Shown: positions 38,137 through 51,857 of the stretch, in pieces
Numbering within the stretch: position 1 is the first letter of the stretch
How the letters are laid out: the number at the start of each line of letters is the position of its first letter
Source of the DNA: Chiloscyllium plagiosum
Lineage: Eukaryota
Direction: 5' to 3'
DNA length: 64,000 bases
Assembly (NCBI RefSeq): GCF_004010195.1
Contig: NC_057720.1
Span: 12,475,139 to 12,539,138, forward strand
Program-made: the position numbers and the translations under genes
Notes under the pieces: generated by a model
Told to the model about the DNA's origin: nothing
What the model saw: only the letters and a program-made list of their open reading frames with translations
Databases searched by the model: none

Positions 38137-39119
38137 AAACAAAGGACAGAGCGCGCAAGATTAGAAACAATCTTTCTGAAACCTCAGGGGTTCGATTATG
38201 ATAGCCTAGTTTTTTTGCTTCTATTCCTTTATTGACTGGTTCCTTGTTTTAATCCATCTGCAAATGTTGTATCTCCATCATTCCTTTCAGTTGTCTTTTT
38301 TGTCTTTCCTTTTCTTTGCATTCATCTATTTGTCCACATTTCTTTATGTTCCTGGTTGTTCTTCATTGCCAACAATTGTGACTTACCTGGTTACCGTCCT
38401 CTCCAACCTTGGACTCATCAATATGCTTTTAGGCACGATGCATTATTCGACTGACAGCTTCCTTTACAAGATTTCCAGTTGCTCAAAGTTGATTGCTTTC
38501 ATTTATTTGTGATTTACCATGATTTTGTCACTAATTGGAGCAGGTAGTGTACAACAGGTGAACGATTCTGCCAAGAGAACAGAACAAGATCTCAGCGACT
38601 TAACTCATCATCATGAAAGGTGCTTTATCGGCCTTTTTTTGTAAATATTTCACAGTTATGTTCATAGTCATCCAGTAGGATGAGAAAGGTACTTCAAAGA
38701 ATATTTTTAACAGGGCAGCAGCATTTCCACCTAAGCAGTGAATCTTTAGGAGCTAGTTCTACATATATAATGTATCTTTACCTTTCTCCAAATTGCACCA
38801 ATATGAAAGGTGTTTTAAAGCATACCTTGCTCCTCTAATGTTTGGAATTTTTGTTCTTTCCTACTGTTTCTTTATTGCAATTCAAGAGGACATGGTTGAC
38901 TTACTGTCTTTCAGATGGGATATTAAACTAATGACCCATGTGCCTTCCGTAGTTGGACATTAAAAAGTACTGTGGTACTTATTAAAATGAGAGCACGAAT
39001 CTTACCTGATGTCGTGACATACATTTATTGTTCAACAAATCTTTTCGTTTCTATCCTTGTGGTGGATGAGGCAGGCAACACACGTGCTTGTGCCTGTTTC
39101 CATGGCTAGAGCGGCTATG

Positions 39120-40694
39120 TTGCAGAGGAGGAAGTGCTGGATGTCTTGAAACGCATAAAAGTGGTTAAATCCCCAGGAACTGATCAGGTATACCCTAGAA
39201 CTCTGTGGAAAGCTAGGAAAGTGATCGCTGGGCCTCTTACTGAGATATTTGTATCATCGATCGTCACAGGTGAGGTGCCGGAAGACTGGAGATTTGTTAA
39301 CATGGTGCCACTATTTAAGAAAGTGATAAGGACAAGCCAGGGAACTATAGACCAGTGAGCCTGATATTGGTGGTGGGCAAATTGTTGAAGGGAATCCTGA
39401 GGCACAGGACATACATGTATTTGGAAAGGCAAGGACTGATTAGGGATAGTCAACATGGCTTTGTGCATGGGAAATCATGTCTCACAAACTTGATTGAGTT
39501 TTGTGAAGAAGTAACAAAGAAGATTGAGGGCAGAGCAGTAGATGTGATCTGTGTGGACTTCAGTAAGGCATTTGACAAGGTTGCCCATGGAAGACTGGTT
39601 AGAAAGGGAAGATCTCATGGAATATAAAGATAACTAGCCATTTGGATACAGAACTGCCTCCAAGGTAGATGACAGTGGGTGGTGGTGGAGAGTTGTTTTT
39701 CAGACTGGAGGCCTGTGACCAGTGGAGTGCCACAAGAATTGGTACTGGATCCTCTACTTTTCATCATTTATATAAATGATTTGGATGTGAGCATAAGAGG
39801 TATAGTTAATAAGTTTGCTGATTACTCCAAAATTGGAGGTGTAGTGGACAGTGAAGAAGGTTACCTCAGATTACAACAGGATCTTGATCAGATGGGCCAA
39901 TGGGCTGAGAAGTGGCAGATGGAGTTTAATTTGGATAAATGTGAGGTGCTGCATTTCGGGAAAGCAAATCTTAGCAGGACTTATACACTTAATGGTAAGG
40001 TCCTAGGGAGTGTTGCTGAACAAAGAGACCTTGGAGTGCAGGTTCATAGCTCCTTGAAAGTGAAGTCGCAGGTAGATAGGATAGTGATGAAGGCATTTGG
40101 TATGCTTTCCTTTATTGGTCAGAGTATTGAGTACAGAAGTTGGGAGGTCATATTGCGGCTGTACAGGACATTGGAAGGTCACTGTTGGAATATTGCATGC
40201 AGTTCTGGTCTCCTTCCTATCAGAAATATGTTGTGAAATTTGAAAGGGTTCAGAAAAGATTTACAAGGATGTTGCCAGGGTTGGAGGATTTGAGCTATAG
40301 GGAGAGGCTGAACAGGTTGGGGCTGTTTTCCCTGGGGCATCTGAGAATGAGGGGTAACCTTACAGAGGTTTATTAAATCATGAGAGCCATGGATAGGATA
40401 AATAGACAAAGTCTTTTTCCTGGGGTGGGGGAGTCCAGAACTGGAGGGCATAAGTTTAGGGTGAGAGGGGTAAGATATAATAGAGACTTAAGGGGCAATG
40501 TTTTCACGCAGAGGGTGGTGCGTGTGTGGAATGGGCTGCCAGAGGATGTGGTGGAGGCTGGTTTAATTGCTGCGTTTAAAAGGCATCTGGATGGGTATAT
40601 GAATAGGAAGGGTTTGGATGGATGTAGGACTAGATTGGGTTGGGCTGGTTGGACCGAAGGGTCTGTTTCTGTGCTGTACATCCCTATGACTCTG
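39120..40694 (+). mobile_element. 5'-truncated CR1/HER1-type LINE
   Basis: RT motifs SQHGF, DFSKAFDKV, SGVPQ, KFADYSK; 3' UTR ending CTATGACTCT. Confidence 0.93.
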
Positions 40695-41389
40695 ACAACT
40701 AGCTTGCACCCTGTTATAGAGGCTGTAGCTTGTGGACTGGCACTCCACATCAAACATGACTGACCAGGAGACTTGCTTGCGTTTACTACTCATCATAGAT
40801 ATAGTGGAAGGTGATGATCATCCCCCCGGCCATTTTAGAAATGCAACTTCTTGGCCACCAAGTCCTGGAGTGGACCTTGTGAACCTGGTGTTTATGGTTC
40901 AGGCTGGAATGCTGCTCTTTATATCACAAGGCTTATCCAAAAAGATTAGCTGGACATCGTTTAATTGCCATTTGTACAAGCTCTATTTGGAAAATTGCCT
41001 GTCTCGTTTCCTAACATTCTAATGATGATGGCATTTGAAAATAGTTTCACTGATTGTGAAAGGAATTGGGACATGAGTTCATAGACGACAAATAAGATTT
41101 TTTTGCTGACATGGTGGTAACTGGATCAGATGCTGACAGATGAAACAAACTGATCTTCCGTAGTGAATGGCAGTTAATTTGAAATGGCAGGTAAACTCTG
41201 TCCATCCTATTCACTTCCCCTCCTTTGGTCCTCACAGTCACTGATTTTTTTGGTGACCATATGTTGTTGCTATTTAATGATTCCTCAATCTTTCTGATTA
41301 AAATGCCTGTAAATAAGCTTTAAATCCTTTTTTAGATCCTTACATGATACAGTTTAGCAATGGTCTTCAAAAAGCAATTTGTGTATATT

Positions 41390-42570
41390 TTACTTCATGA
41401 TCTAGACAGGTGTGCAGGGCATAATTGAAAATTAACAGATGACAAAACTAGAAAGTGTAGTGAACTATGAGGAGGTTAGTGTTGAACTTAATGGGGATAT
41501 AGACAGGCTGGTGGAATGGACAGACAACTGGCAGATGAAATTTAATGGAGACAATTGTAAAGTTTTACAAGATTACTTTTAAAAGAAAGAGTGAGGAGAG
41601 CAATACAACATTAAGGGTACAGTTCTAAAGTGGTAGAAAAGCCATAGCACCCTGAGTATATGTGCACAAATCATCAAGGTGACAGGACATGTTGAGCCTT
41701 TTTTTTGAGGTAGTTTAGGTGTTGGAGGTGATTTCCTCAAATTCTAGGAGCAGCAATTACTGTTTCATATGCAGTTGCATTGTTTTGGAACTTTGGAGAA
41801 AAAAAGTCAAAACAACAGCAGTTTTGAAAGGGAGAAGAACAGGCAAAGGAAGCTCATGGTGAGGTCAGTGCAAGAGAGAGAGAGAGAGGAACCCACATTG
41901 CTAACTGAGAGAGTTAGCAGTTACTGCCTTTGCTAATGAAATCATGTATCTAGTACAATTGCAGCATTTAACAGGCATCTGGATGGGTATATGAAAGGAA
42001 GGGTTTGGAGGGATATGGGCCAGGTGATGGCAGGTGGGACTAGATTGGGTTGGGATATGTGGTCGGCATGGACGAGTTGGACCTAAGGGTCTATTTCCAT
42101 GCTGTACATCTCTATGACTGTATGACTCTATAATACTATGAGTGACTCTGGCCTTTCTGAAGAGGTGCATAGAATACAAAAACAGTAAAGTGTGATAAGC
42201 CTGTATAAAACACTAGTTCAGCCGCAACTGAAGTAATGTCCTGTTCTGGCACTTCACTAGATAATGCATGTGAAGGTATTAAGAAAATGCAGAAAGGAAT
42301 TGTTGTGAATGGATCTAGGGCTGAAGGAATTCAGTGAAATTAGAGAGGTTAGACCTAGACTCTTCTGTTGAGAGAAGTCTCCTGATTGAGGTGCTTAAAA
42401 TCATTAAAGTTCTGCACAGAGTAGATGGGGAGAACCTTTCCATTGGTGGTAAGATCAGAGGACACCAATTTAAAGCAAATAGCAAAATAAACAAAAGAAC
42501 AGTGATGTGTTCTGATCTGTGTGTGGCAGAGACAAAGTCAAGGCCTTCAAAGAGAAATTGAACAGTTATT
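41390..42570 (+). mobile_element. Degenerate CR1 fragment with nested insertions (41700-41950 unclassified; 41954-42129 CR1 3' end)
   Basis: Residual DRLVEWTDNWQMKFN and YKTLV motifs; nested CR1 3' UTR. Confidence 0.6.
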
Positions 42571-43110
42571 TGAAGAGGAACCAGAGATGGTGGGAGGAGG
42601 AATTATGATGGACTCGTGACCTTGTCTTGCTGTCCATTGTACTGCTAGGAATTGGAGGAACTAAATCAATGGAAGACAGGTGGAGGAGTGGTACTGAGGG
42701 AGTTGCCTTAGTAGAAATCTGGTGTGGTCACAGCAGGTTGAATAGCATTTGCCTGTGCTGTAACTGTGCTGAGATTTGATTTAACAATTACAATAAAATA
42801 GCAAAATCATTCTCCGAATCGGGCAAAAACTGGCACTGGACTACAAATGGGGATTTTAGGGACAAATAATCAAAACACTGTTTAAATAGATGAGCAGTGA
42901 GAAAGTCCCAGTTTGAACCAAAAACATCAACAGTGGTGGAGTAAACTAATTGGCAAATCTACAAATGTTATGAGTTGAATGGGTTGAAATTTTTCATGGA
43001 TTTGTTTGATAAATGCAAGAAATAACTAGTTTGAAGGCAACTTGTGTCATCCTGTAGGTTAGGGCCCCTGCTGTCCTATGCTCACCATTCATGTTTTTCT
43101 TCCCACACAG

Positions 43111-43296
43111 ATTCTTTTCTGCACATTGAATACGCACAGAATTGACATGGAAAAACTTCTTGGAGGACAAATAGGCCTGGAAGATTTTATTTTTGCGCAC
43201 ACAAAGGGCCTGAAGAAAGAAGTGGATGTGTTTAAAGCAGAGGATGCTCTGGGATTAACTATAACTGACAACGGGGCCGGATTTGCTTTTATAAAA
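43111..43296 (+). CDS. GIPC2: GIPC-family PDZ protein, internal coding exon (end of GH1, start of PDZ)
   Basis: Acceptor ttttcttcccacacag|, donor |gtaggt, 186 nt, phase 0/0. Translates [62 protein letters not shown], near-identical to vertebrate GIPC1/2/3. Family is secure; paralogue assignment is less so. Confidence 0.93.
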
Positions 43297-43759
43297 GTAG
43301 GTTTGAATTCTATACTTAAGCAAGTGGAGGAAGTCGCACTCACTTTCCATCAAGTGTAATGTGGAACATTTCTAGTCAAGGAATTCCCTTTTGTTGCTTG
43401 CTCTAGTAATACAGTTACAAATGTTACTGCTATTGATAGCTGTTTTGAACTTTATCTGTATGATTATTGAAGGTTTTTTTTAACCTCTTAAAATAAAGTT
43501 GCACACCATCCTGACTTGGATGTATGTCACTGTTCCTTCATGTTTGCTAGATCAAGTTCGACTTGTTCAAATTCCTACTTACCTCATTGCAGTGTAACAG
43601 TATCATCATCATGAGTACTGAGGTGCGAGTTGATTCATTAAATCATCTTCAGGCCAGTTAAGAATGGGTAGTAAATGCTCATTATGCCAGTGACTTGTAT
43701 CCAGAGAATCATATTGCAAGTTGAATTGGACTCTGGTGTTCCTATTGGCAGGGCTCGTA

Positions 43760-44295
43760 CATAGAGTCATATAGCACAGAAACAGATGCTTTGGTCCAAC
43801 CACAATCCCAAACTAAACTAGTCCCATCTGCCTGCTCCTGGTTAACATCCCTCCAAATCTTTCCTATTCATGTACTTATCTAAGTATCTTTTAAATGTTG
43901 TAACTGTGCCCATATCTACCATTTCCTCAGCAAGTTCATTTCACATACAAACCACCCTCTTAAAAAAAAAAATCTCCTCATGTCTTTTTTATATCTCTGT
44001 CCTTAAATGTCTCTGTCCCCTGGTCTTGAAATCCCCCATTCTAGGGAAAAGACATCTACCATTAACCCTATCCATACCCCTCACAATTTTCTAAATCTCA
44101 ATAAGGTCACCTGTTAATTTCCTACAGTCCAGTGAAAAATGTACCAACTTTTTAGCGTTTCCTTTTAACTCAAACCCTCCATACCTGGCAACATCCTGGT
44201 AAGTCACTTCTGAACCCCCTGTTTCTTAACAATATCCTTCCTATAAACTGGCTGAACAGAACTGGACACAGTTGTCCAAAAGAGACCTCTGTACA
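43760..44295 (-). mobile_element. CR1 3' fragment
   Basis: Reverse-complement similarity to 12560-13112. Confidence 0.75.
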
Positions 44296-44910
44296 ATCTG
44301 TCAGTTTACACTCTTCTTCTTTGATTCCTGCCAATCTTTATATGACTTCCACTGAAGCTAAGAGTGATCATGTATTCGATGATGCCTGCTTTTGTTAGCT
44401 GTACTGCTGTGTATATTTATAAAGTTTGTTAGCTGCAGATCTTGGCATGGTGGGAGAGAATATCATCATCATGGGAGAAAAAAGCCACCTTCACTTGGAG
44501 AATGTTTGCTTTTTGCCTTTACCTCCCCTGAGGTGGCATTGTGTTAACATGATGATCTTGGAATGGGTATTGGTGTGCTTTTTACTTCTACAAAGCTCAG
44601 AAAACTTCAGCTTAATGTTAGTAACCCAATGCTAAGCAGATCTGCATGGCAATGTCTTGACCTGTTTGGATGTTGAATCCTTTTTCTTGCACGATGCACT
44701 GGAGATGAAAATGTTATCTGGATGTAACTGTGTTGCTGCTTGGATTGCACACTTGTCATCTGTAACTATTGAGTTAAGGCAAAAGAACAGGTGGACAGAT
44801 GAAAATACTTCTTAACGTGGTAAGCTATGATGATCAGAAGCGGACTTTAGAAGGTCACAGAGCAGATGTGCAACTTTGAAAAAGAAATTGGATAAAATCT
44901 TCATGTGTTT

Positions 44911-45157
44911 TAAAAGAGACCTAAGGGGCACCTTTTTCACCCAGAGGGTGATGCGTGTATGGAATGAGCTGTCAGGGGAAATGGTGGAGGCTGGTACAAT
45001 TATAGCATTTAAAGGGCATCTGGATGGTTATATGAATCGGAAAAGTTGAGAGGGATACAGGCCAAATGCTGGGAAATGGGACTAGGTTAGGTTAGAATAT
45101 CTGGTTGGCATGGATGAGTTGGACTGAGGGGTCTGTTTCTGTGTTGTACATCTCTGA
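44911..45157 (+). mobile_element. CR1 3' fragment
   Basis: Near copy of 12862-13110. Confidence 0.85.
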
Positions 45158-47099
45158 GTAGCTTAGGCTATGGCAGAAAGCAATGAAGACTAATTAATTC
45201 CATTCAACAGAGCCAGCAAAGATACACGGTGCTGAATGGCCACATCCTGTGCTTCATATTCCAAGATAAAATCCAAAATTAAAAGACTATTTTGCATAGC
45301 TGTACAAGACTTTTTCAAAAAAACCTTATAAATTGGGAATGCTGTAATTTAAAACAAAAGTACTCAACTGCAGGGACTGGAAGTACAATGTCAGTGTCCT
45401 TTTGCAGGCTCAGTGCAGGAGGAAGTGCCAAAAGGGTTGGGTTTGGGTGTGGATATTTCCAGTAGGCAGTCAACCAAGTGAAAAAGCCAGCCAGCAGATC
45501 ATTGTTGACATAATAAGCACTGTAAAATGTTGGCAAGGGGAAGGAAATCATTACTGCTGTGTTTGCCCTGAATAATGACCTTTTTTTTCTGTGTTATAGT
45601 CAGAATAATAATTCTAGGTGAAAACAAGGGTTGGCTACTCATTTACGTAATTGAATTCATTAGAGTTGGAAGATATATGTCATTAGTTTCCAGAGTAACT
45701 TAGAAGGTTCACAGGTAGATATTCACAGGGTTTACGGCATAAATTGTAATTGACAATTAAATATGCAGTTAGATTCTCTGGGTTATAAACTCTCAAGTAC
45801 TGATAACCATGAAATTCCCACTGGATCAGATCTCAGTGAATTCAAAGATCTATCATGTAGCCATAACAGTTCTAGATTGCTTCTTTGTAATCTGTTCTGT
45901 TTTATATTACCGAATGTTCCGTTTTTGTGCCTCATTAATGATTTGATTCATTGGTCAAACCGATCATGAAGACAAAGCTACTTATGAAGCTACCTAAGGC
46001 TGTCTCTCAGTACCATTCACAATTACTTAGCTAATACATTAAAATATATTCCTTTTGACAGAAGTCACTTTCCAGGATGCCCTTTGTATATAACTGTTTA
46101 TGTATCAATACAAACACCTAACCACTCTGAAACTGACACACCTGTGAAACTCTCAACCAAATTTTGACCAAGATGACGTTATGACTACATGCCCCTCCCA
46201 TTCCCCTTTCTGTATGGCTTTGGGAGAATAGGGAATAAATCTGAATTGTTTCGGTTAGCATTTGGGTCCTTCAATCACATATATGTATGCTTGTTATTTA
46301 TCTGTCCTCAGAAATAGCTATTGACTAATGTCAACAAGTTGACAGTTTAAGTTCATGGATATACACTTTAATGGGAAGAAAGCATTCTGCTTCACATTCC
46401 TAAAAATACTTGTCTGATTGCAGTTCATGTAATTACATCTGAATTGTATTCATCATGGTCTCATACTAGCATTGGAGGTAGTCCAGAAAAGGTTGACTTT
46501 GCTGATGACAGCTCTTGAAATTTTGTTTTGTATGGAGAGATTGAATATTTCCTGTTCCTGTGCTATATTGTTCTTTGTTCTTTGTGAAGACAGTTTTAGT
46601 GTAGAAGGGCAAAATGTGTCTGCACAGGCTTGAGAGATGTTAAAGGGTTAATTTGTTCTGCTGACATGTAAGACATTGGATGTCCTGGGGGTAGGAGGGT
46701 GTTTTTTTTCTGTCTTGCAGGCAGGATGTGACTATCAATTCATACTCTAAATACTGCTGTTTGAGGAATAACCTAATCACTCACTGTTTTGAGAAATAAA
46801 ATGTGATTATGGGAGAGTGGCAGGGGGTGGTGTCTTGCATGCATGACTGACTGTGATGTAAAATCCTGTACAAAGGGGGGACTGTTCCCTTTATCGGGAG
46901 ACATCTCTTGATATGGCTCCACAAGCCTCACGAAGAGTGTTAAGTGATCCTGCAAAGGCTTGTACTTGCTGAAATAAATTGTGGCTGTTCGCAGAATTTG
47001 GAGTATTGCAGTTGCATCAAGCGTGTAAGAATCTCAAGAAGGGAACTAACACATGGAGGGCCAAAGGACCTGTCCCTGTGCTGTATTGTTCTTTGTTCT

Positions 47100-47505
47100 C
47101 AGCTTGGGTCGGTACTTGTTGGAATGTAGAAAAATGAGAGGCAACCTGACTGAAACATCCAAGAGTTTTCGGGAACTTTATAGAGTAGATGCAGACAAGT
47201 TGTTTTCTCTTATAGTTGAGTCAGGGAGCAGAGGGCATCATTACAGGATAAGGGTTCTCCCATTTGAGACAGATGATAGGGAATTTCTTCTGAGAGGGTA
47301 GTGAATCTGTGGAATTCTTTACCGCAGAGGGTTGTCAAGGCTGATTCATTGAGTACATTCAAGGCTGCGACACAGATTTAGTCAGTAAGGGGATCAAGGT
47401 TGATAGGGAAAAGGCGAAATAGTGGAGTTGGATCTCAGGTCATCATAGTCGCAGTGGCAAAACAGGCTCAATGGGCTGAAAGGCCAACTTCTGCTCCTAT
47501 GCCTT
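47100..47505 (+). mobile_element. CR1 3' fragment (second subfamily)
   Basis: RKMRGNLTE..SRGHHYRIR motifs; GTGAATCTGTGGAATTC; 3' tail. Confidence 0.7.
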
Positions 47506-47544
47506 GTGTTTGCCAGGGACCATTGGAATGAATGTGTATTGCAT

Positions 47545-47558
47545 TGCCATCTAGTGGC
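47545..47558 (-). promoter_or_regulatory. Candidate CTCF site
   Basis: TGCCATCTAGTGGC = GCCACTAGATGGCA on minus, close to the CTCF core consensus; motif match only. Confidence 0.4.
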
Positions 47559-48147
47559 TGTAAGAAGCCTATACCAGAGAGTTGCATTGCTGCCTTCTCT
47601 TTAGCATTTCTGATGTGTTCTTGAAAAAAGGCCATGCTAAAGGAAAATTACTTTCCCATATATAAACATGTTGTAAAAACGAGTTATGTTTCTAAAGTGT
47701 ATTTTTAACATGAACGATGTATTGGACACCTTGAACCTAATCAACCCAAAAATCACCCACCCACTACTCAGTAATTCTTAACATTTTTTCTGACTCATCC
47801 ATTTCCTGGCTCACTTCTCTCACTTTGGGTGAGGGCCTGGGGGAGCTAGCTGAAGGAAGCAGCAAGTGGGAGGATAGAGATACGGAAGTGAGGAAGTGGC
47901 AGTTTGTTTTTCAAACAGTGACTGTGCTTTATTTAAAAAAAAAAGAGACAGTGCCATTTAGGAGAGAACCCTATTTTACTGACTCTGCCTAAGTAGGAAG
48001 TCACAGCTTTTGTCTATTTGAAGCATATTCAAACTATCATTGAAGATCTGCATGACAGATTTGTGCATGTTGATTGTGATTGTTGTTAATGTAATCATTC
48101 TTCTTCCCCTCCCTATCAGCAGATTGTGTATCTGTGAGAAGCCAGTA

Positions 48148-48357
48148 TGATCAAAAATCACATCACACCACACCACACCAGGTTATAGTCCAATGGGTTT
48201 ATTTGAAAGCACTAGCTTTCGGTGCACTGCTCCTTCATCAGGAAGGAACAGCACTCTGAAAACTATTGTTTTCAAATAAACCCGTTGGACTATAACCTGT
48301 TGTGGTGTGATTCTTGACCTTGTCCAACCAGTCCAATGCCGGCACCTTCAAATCATA
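48148..48357. mobile_element. Fold-back element of a further hammerhead-bearing family
   Basis: Inverted arms CAGGTTATAGTCCAA..TTTATTTGAAA / TTTCAAATAAA..TTGGACTATAACCTG; degenerate TSD AGAA(G/A)CCAG(T/C)A. Confidence 0.72.
48213..48241 (-). ncRNA. Minimal hammerhead core, different stem II and helix III
   Basis: Minus strand CUGAUGA-A-GGAGC(AGU)GCACC-GAAA-G-CUA; palindromic AGCU. Confidence 0.6.
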
Positions 48358-49671
48358 GAAACCAGCACAGCCTAGTTCACAGCTTATTACCTGTCGAGAT
48401 CTGTTGATTACAATCAAGATTAGTCTGAGTTGCTTCCTCTCTCATTCATTATGGTAGTGTAGATTATGGTGTCTCTTAAGTTTGGAGACTGAGAATTGGG
48501 GATTGACCCAATTTTGCACGGAGTCCAACTTCTTTATTTTTAATTGCATTTTTCATTATTTTTAAACATTTGGTTTGTACTAAATAATATAGTGACTCTC
48601 AAATAGTTTGAGGTGGACAGTCTGGGATAACTAGGTTACTTAAGAATTGATCTTTGACAGAGATCTTGCTGCTTGGTTCACCAGGAATATTCTCATCAAT
48701 GTGCACCTCCTATCCTTTTTCTTGGGGAAATTTCTTCAAAGATATGCTTTATTCAAACATGTCTAGGTGGAGCATAGAGAGTTGGTTAGACTCTCTCTTG
48801 TAATGAATTACATAGTTTAAATCACACAGAAATATGTTCCATTTGCGTCCTTCCATTTTTCCTGATCTAAATCCGCCATCTTTGCGACCATTTATTTCAA
48901 TATATCTTCTATTCTCTTTGCCCCCATGTATCTGTCTAACTTCAAAGCATCTGCACTAATCACTCCAAGAGAAATTGAGCATTTCATATTTTAAAATTCG
49001 TTTGTGTGATATGGACATGGCTGGCTTGGTATGCATTTACAATCTATCTCTAATTTCCCCAGAGGAGTTGGTGGTGAGCTGCCTGCTTGAACTGCGACTG
49101 TCCTCGGGGAATAAGGGCCCTCACAGCTGTTAGAAAGAGGATTCTGACCCAGCAACAGTGAAGAAAAGGTGATATAGTTTCAGGCCAGCGTGGTGTGTGG
49201 CTCAGAGGGAATTCCCATTTCTTGCTCTTGCCCATTTCTTGCTCTTGCTCATGTTGGAGCTTGTGAGTTTGACAGGAGTTGTCAAGGGAGGCTTGGTGAA
49301 TTCATGCCATGGATCTTGGAAATGACACATACTGCTGCCACAATGCATCAGCGATAAAGAGAGTTCATGTTTGAGGGCGGCTTATGGGCTGCTAATCATG
49401 CAGACTGCTTTGTTCTGAATGGTTTTGAGCTTTGTGTATTGTAGGAACTGGACTCATTCGGGCAAATGGAGAGTATTCCATCACAATTATAACATTTATA
49501 TTGTTGCAGGCATTGGGGAGACAGGATGTAAGTTATCAACCATAGAATTCTTCGCCTCTGACCAGATCTTGTCATCACAGTATTTATGACTGGTTCAAGT
49601 TTTGGTCAGTGGTAACCCTGAGGATGTTGATAGCAGGAGATTAGTAATGCCATTGAACATCAAGGCATTTA

Positions 49672-50500
49672 CAGAGGAATCTCGATTATCTGAATTCTGG
49701 TGCATCCGAAGAAGATCTCAAGGTCCCAATAGAAACATTACATCAAAGAGGTGTTTCCAACACTGATCACTTCTTTTGTTTACAATGATTAAAAATGAAT
49801 TCGGCTTACTGAAATGCTGTCAAGAACAGCCCTGGGCATCGATGGGAGCCCAGGCACCGTCTCCAAATGACTGTCTGCCCGCTCTCTCTCTCTTCCCACA
49901 CTTTCCCTGAAGTTCTACGCAGGGGTGTACCCTAACCCCCCCTTCCCCAGATAATCTCTCCAGCATTGTCCTGTACAGGGCAAAGGTGGAACTTGTCAAA
50001 ATGTTGCAGTAAAAAGTTTGTGTGCGTGCGCGCGCATATTTGTATATATGCTGTTTTGAGACCCCCCCACCCCCAAAAAAAAGGCAACAGCAGTCTTGCT
50101 GTTGGTGTCCAGTCTGGCTGCCCTGGGGGGGGCTGACTGGGGAGGCAGAAGCACGCATGGTTAGGGGGTGGTGGTGGATGGGGGTGAGGGGGCACGTGCG
50201 CAGTGTGCTGCTGGCTAGTCTCCGGAACGGGAAGCAGACCTAGCTGGTGACCGCTGTGTCAATCCCATTGAACTAATGGAAGTGTGGAAGGCTTCAGCAG
50301 TGCTGCAGGCCCCTTACACACAAGTGTGTGTCTGCTTAGAAACAAACCCTGAGACAGAGAGAGGGAGAAAGGCAGGCAGAGCGAGGAAAAAGAGAACTTC
50401 AGAAAATTCCGAGGCCCAGAGGAAAGACATTAACCGAATAATCAATTGTCCGAACGAAATATTGCCCACCCATCTCATTCGGATAATCGAGATTTCTCTG
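49672..50500. mobile_element. Non-autonomous Tc1/mariner-pogo (Tigger-like) MITE
   Basis: 23-bp TIRs CAGAGGAATCTCGATTATCTGAA and TTCGGATAATCGAGATTTCTCTG (2 mismatches), TA on both sides, no recognisable transposase inside. Confidence 0.85.
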
Positions 50501-50831
50501 TATTACTAAAGGATTAGAGGGTAGGAAAGTGTTTCTGCAACTACACAAAGCAGTCGTGAGATAACACTTGGAGCATACAGTTTTGATCCCCTTACTTGGG
50601 GCTCAATTCCAGAGATGACTTATGAAGAGAGATTGAACAGTTTAGGCCTTAACTCTGGAATTTAGAAGAATGAGAGAAGATCTAACTGAACTTTGCAAGA
50701 TGCTAAAGATGACTGATAAAGTAAACACAGAGTGGATGTTTCCTCATAGAGCAATCTAGAACGAGAGGTCATAATTCTCAGAAAAGGGATAGCAGATTTC
50801 AAAATGATGAACATTTGCTGAAGACAACCGC

Positions 50832-51145
50832 ATAAGACCATAAAATACAGAATTTTAATTAAGCCATTGGGCCTATCAACTCTGTTTCGCCATTCAATCC
50901 TGGCTGATATGTTTCTCAACCCCATTCTCCTGCATTCTCCCTGTAATCCTTGATCCCCTTACTAATCAAGAATCTATCTATCTCTGTTGTAAATACACTC
51001 AATATCTTGGCCTCCATAGCCTTCTGCAGCAATGAATTCCACAGAATCAGCATCCTCTGGCTGAAGAAAGTCCTCCTTGTCTCAATTTGAAAGAGTCATC
51101 ACATCACTCTGAGGCTGTACCCTGGGGTCCTAATCTCTCCTCCTA
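50832..51145 (-). mobile_element. CR1 3' fragment (second subfamily), nested in a + strand CR1 remnant (~50510-51355)
   Basis: CATAAGACCATAA tail and body are the reverse complement of 24300-24490/25030-25145. Confidence 0.7.
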
Positions 51146-51403
51146 GTTCTCTCAAAGTCTGTGGAGTTAACTACCTCAGAATATGGTGGTTGCTGGAGCA
51201 TGCATAAATTTGAGGTGATTGACAAATGTTTAATTAGTGATGATTGAAAGTTATTGGAGAGTAAGCAGGAAAGTGGAGTTGAGGCAACATGAGATCAGTA
51301 TTGATTGTATCAAATGGTGAGCTGGCTCGAATTGTCTGTTCCTGCACTAAGTTCATGTGTTTTTAGATTTGATCTGTTGATCATTATTTCATCATGTCCA
51401 TGG

Positions 51404-51857
51404 CAGGAAAGGGTGCAAAAAAGATTTACAGTGATGTTGCTGAGACTGGAGGGTTTCAGTTATAAGGAGAGAATGGATAAGCTGGAACTTCTCCCTGGAG
51501 CATCGGAGGCTGAGGGGAGTCGAGGTTTATAAAATCATGAGGGCCAGAGATAAAGTGAATAGCGAAGGTCTTTACCCCAGGCTATGTTTAAGATGTGGGG
51601 AGAAACATTTAAAAGTACTTGAGTGGCATTTTTTTCCACTCACAGGTTGGTTTGTATGTGGAATGAACTGCCAGAGGAAGTGATAGATGCAGGTACAGTT
51701 ACAACATTAAAAACATTTTTGGACAGGTACATGAATAGGAAAGGTTCAGAGGGGTATGGGCCAGAAGCAGGCAAATGGGACTAGTTCAGTTTCGGAAACC
51801 TGATTGGCATGGCCAAGTTGGGCTGAAGAGTCTGTTTCCGTGCTGTACGACTGTATG
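51404..51857 (+). mobile_element. CR1 3' fragment
   Basis: ERVQKRFT motif and 3' UTR. Confidence 0.8.

Noticed and set aside
39120..39200. CR1 copies at 39120 and 58984 truncated at nearly the same position (possible segmental duplication)
   Set aside because: Ends differ by ~25 nt and the flanks are unrelated; two copies cannot establish a truncation hotspot.
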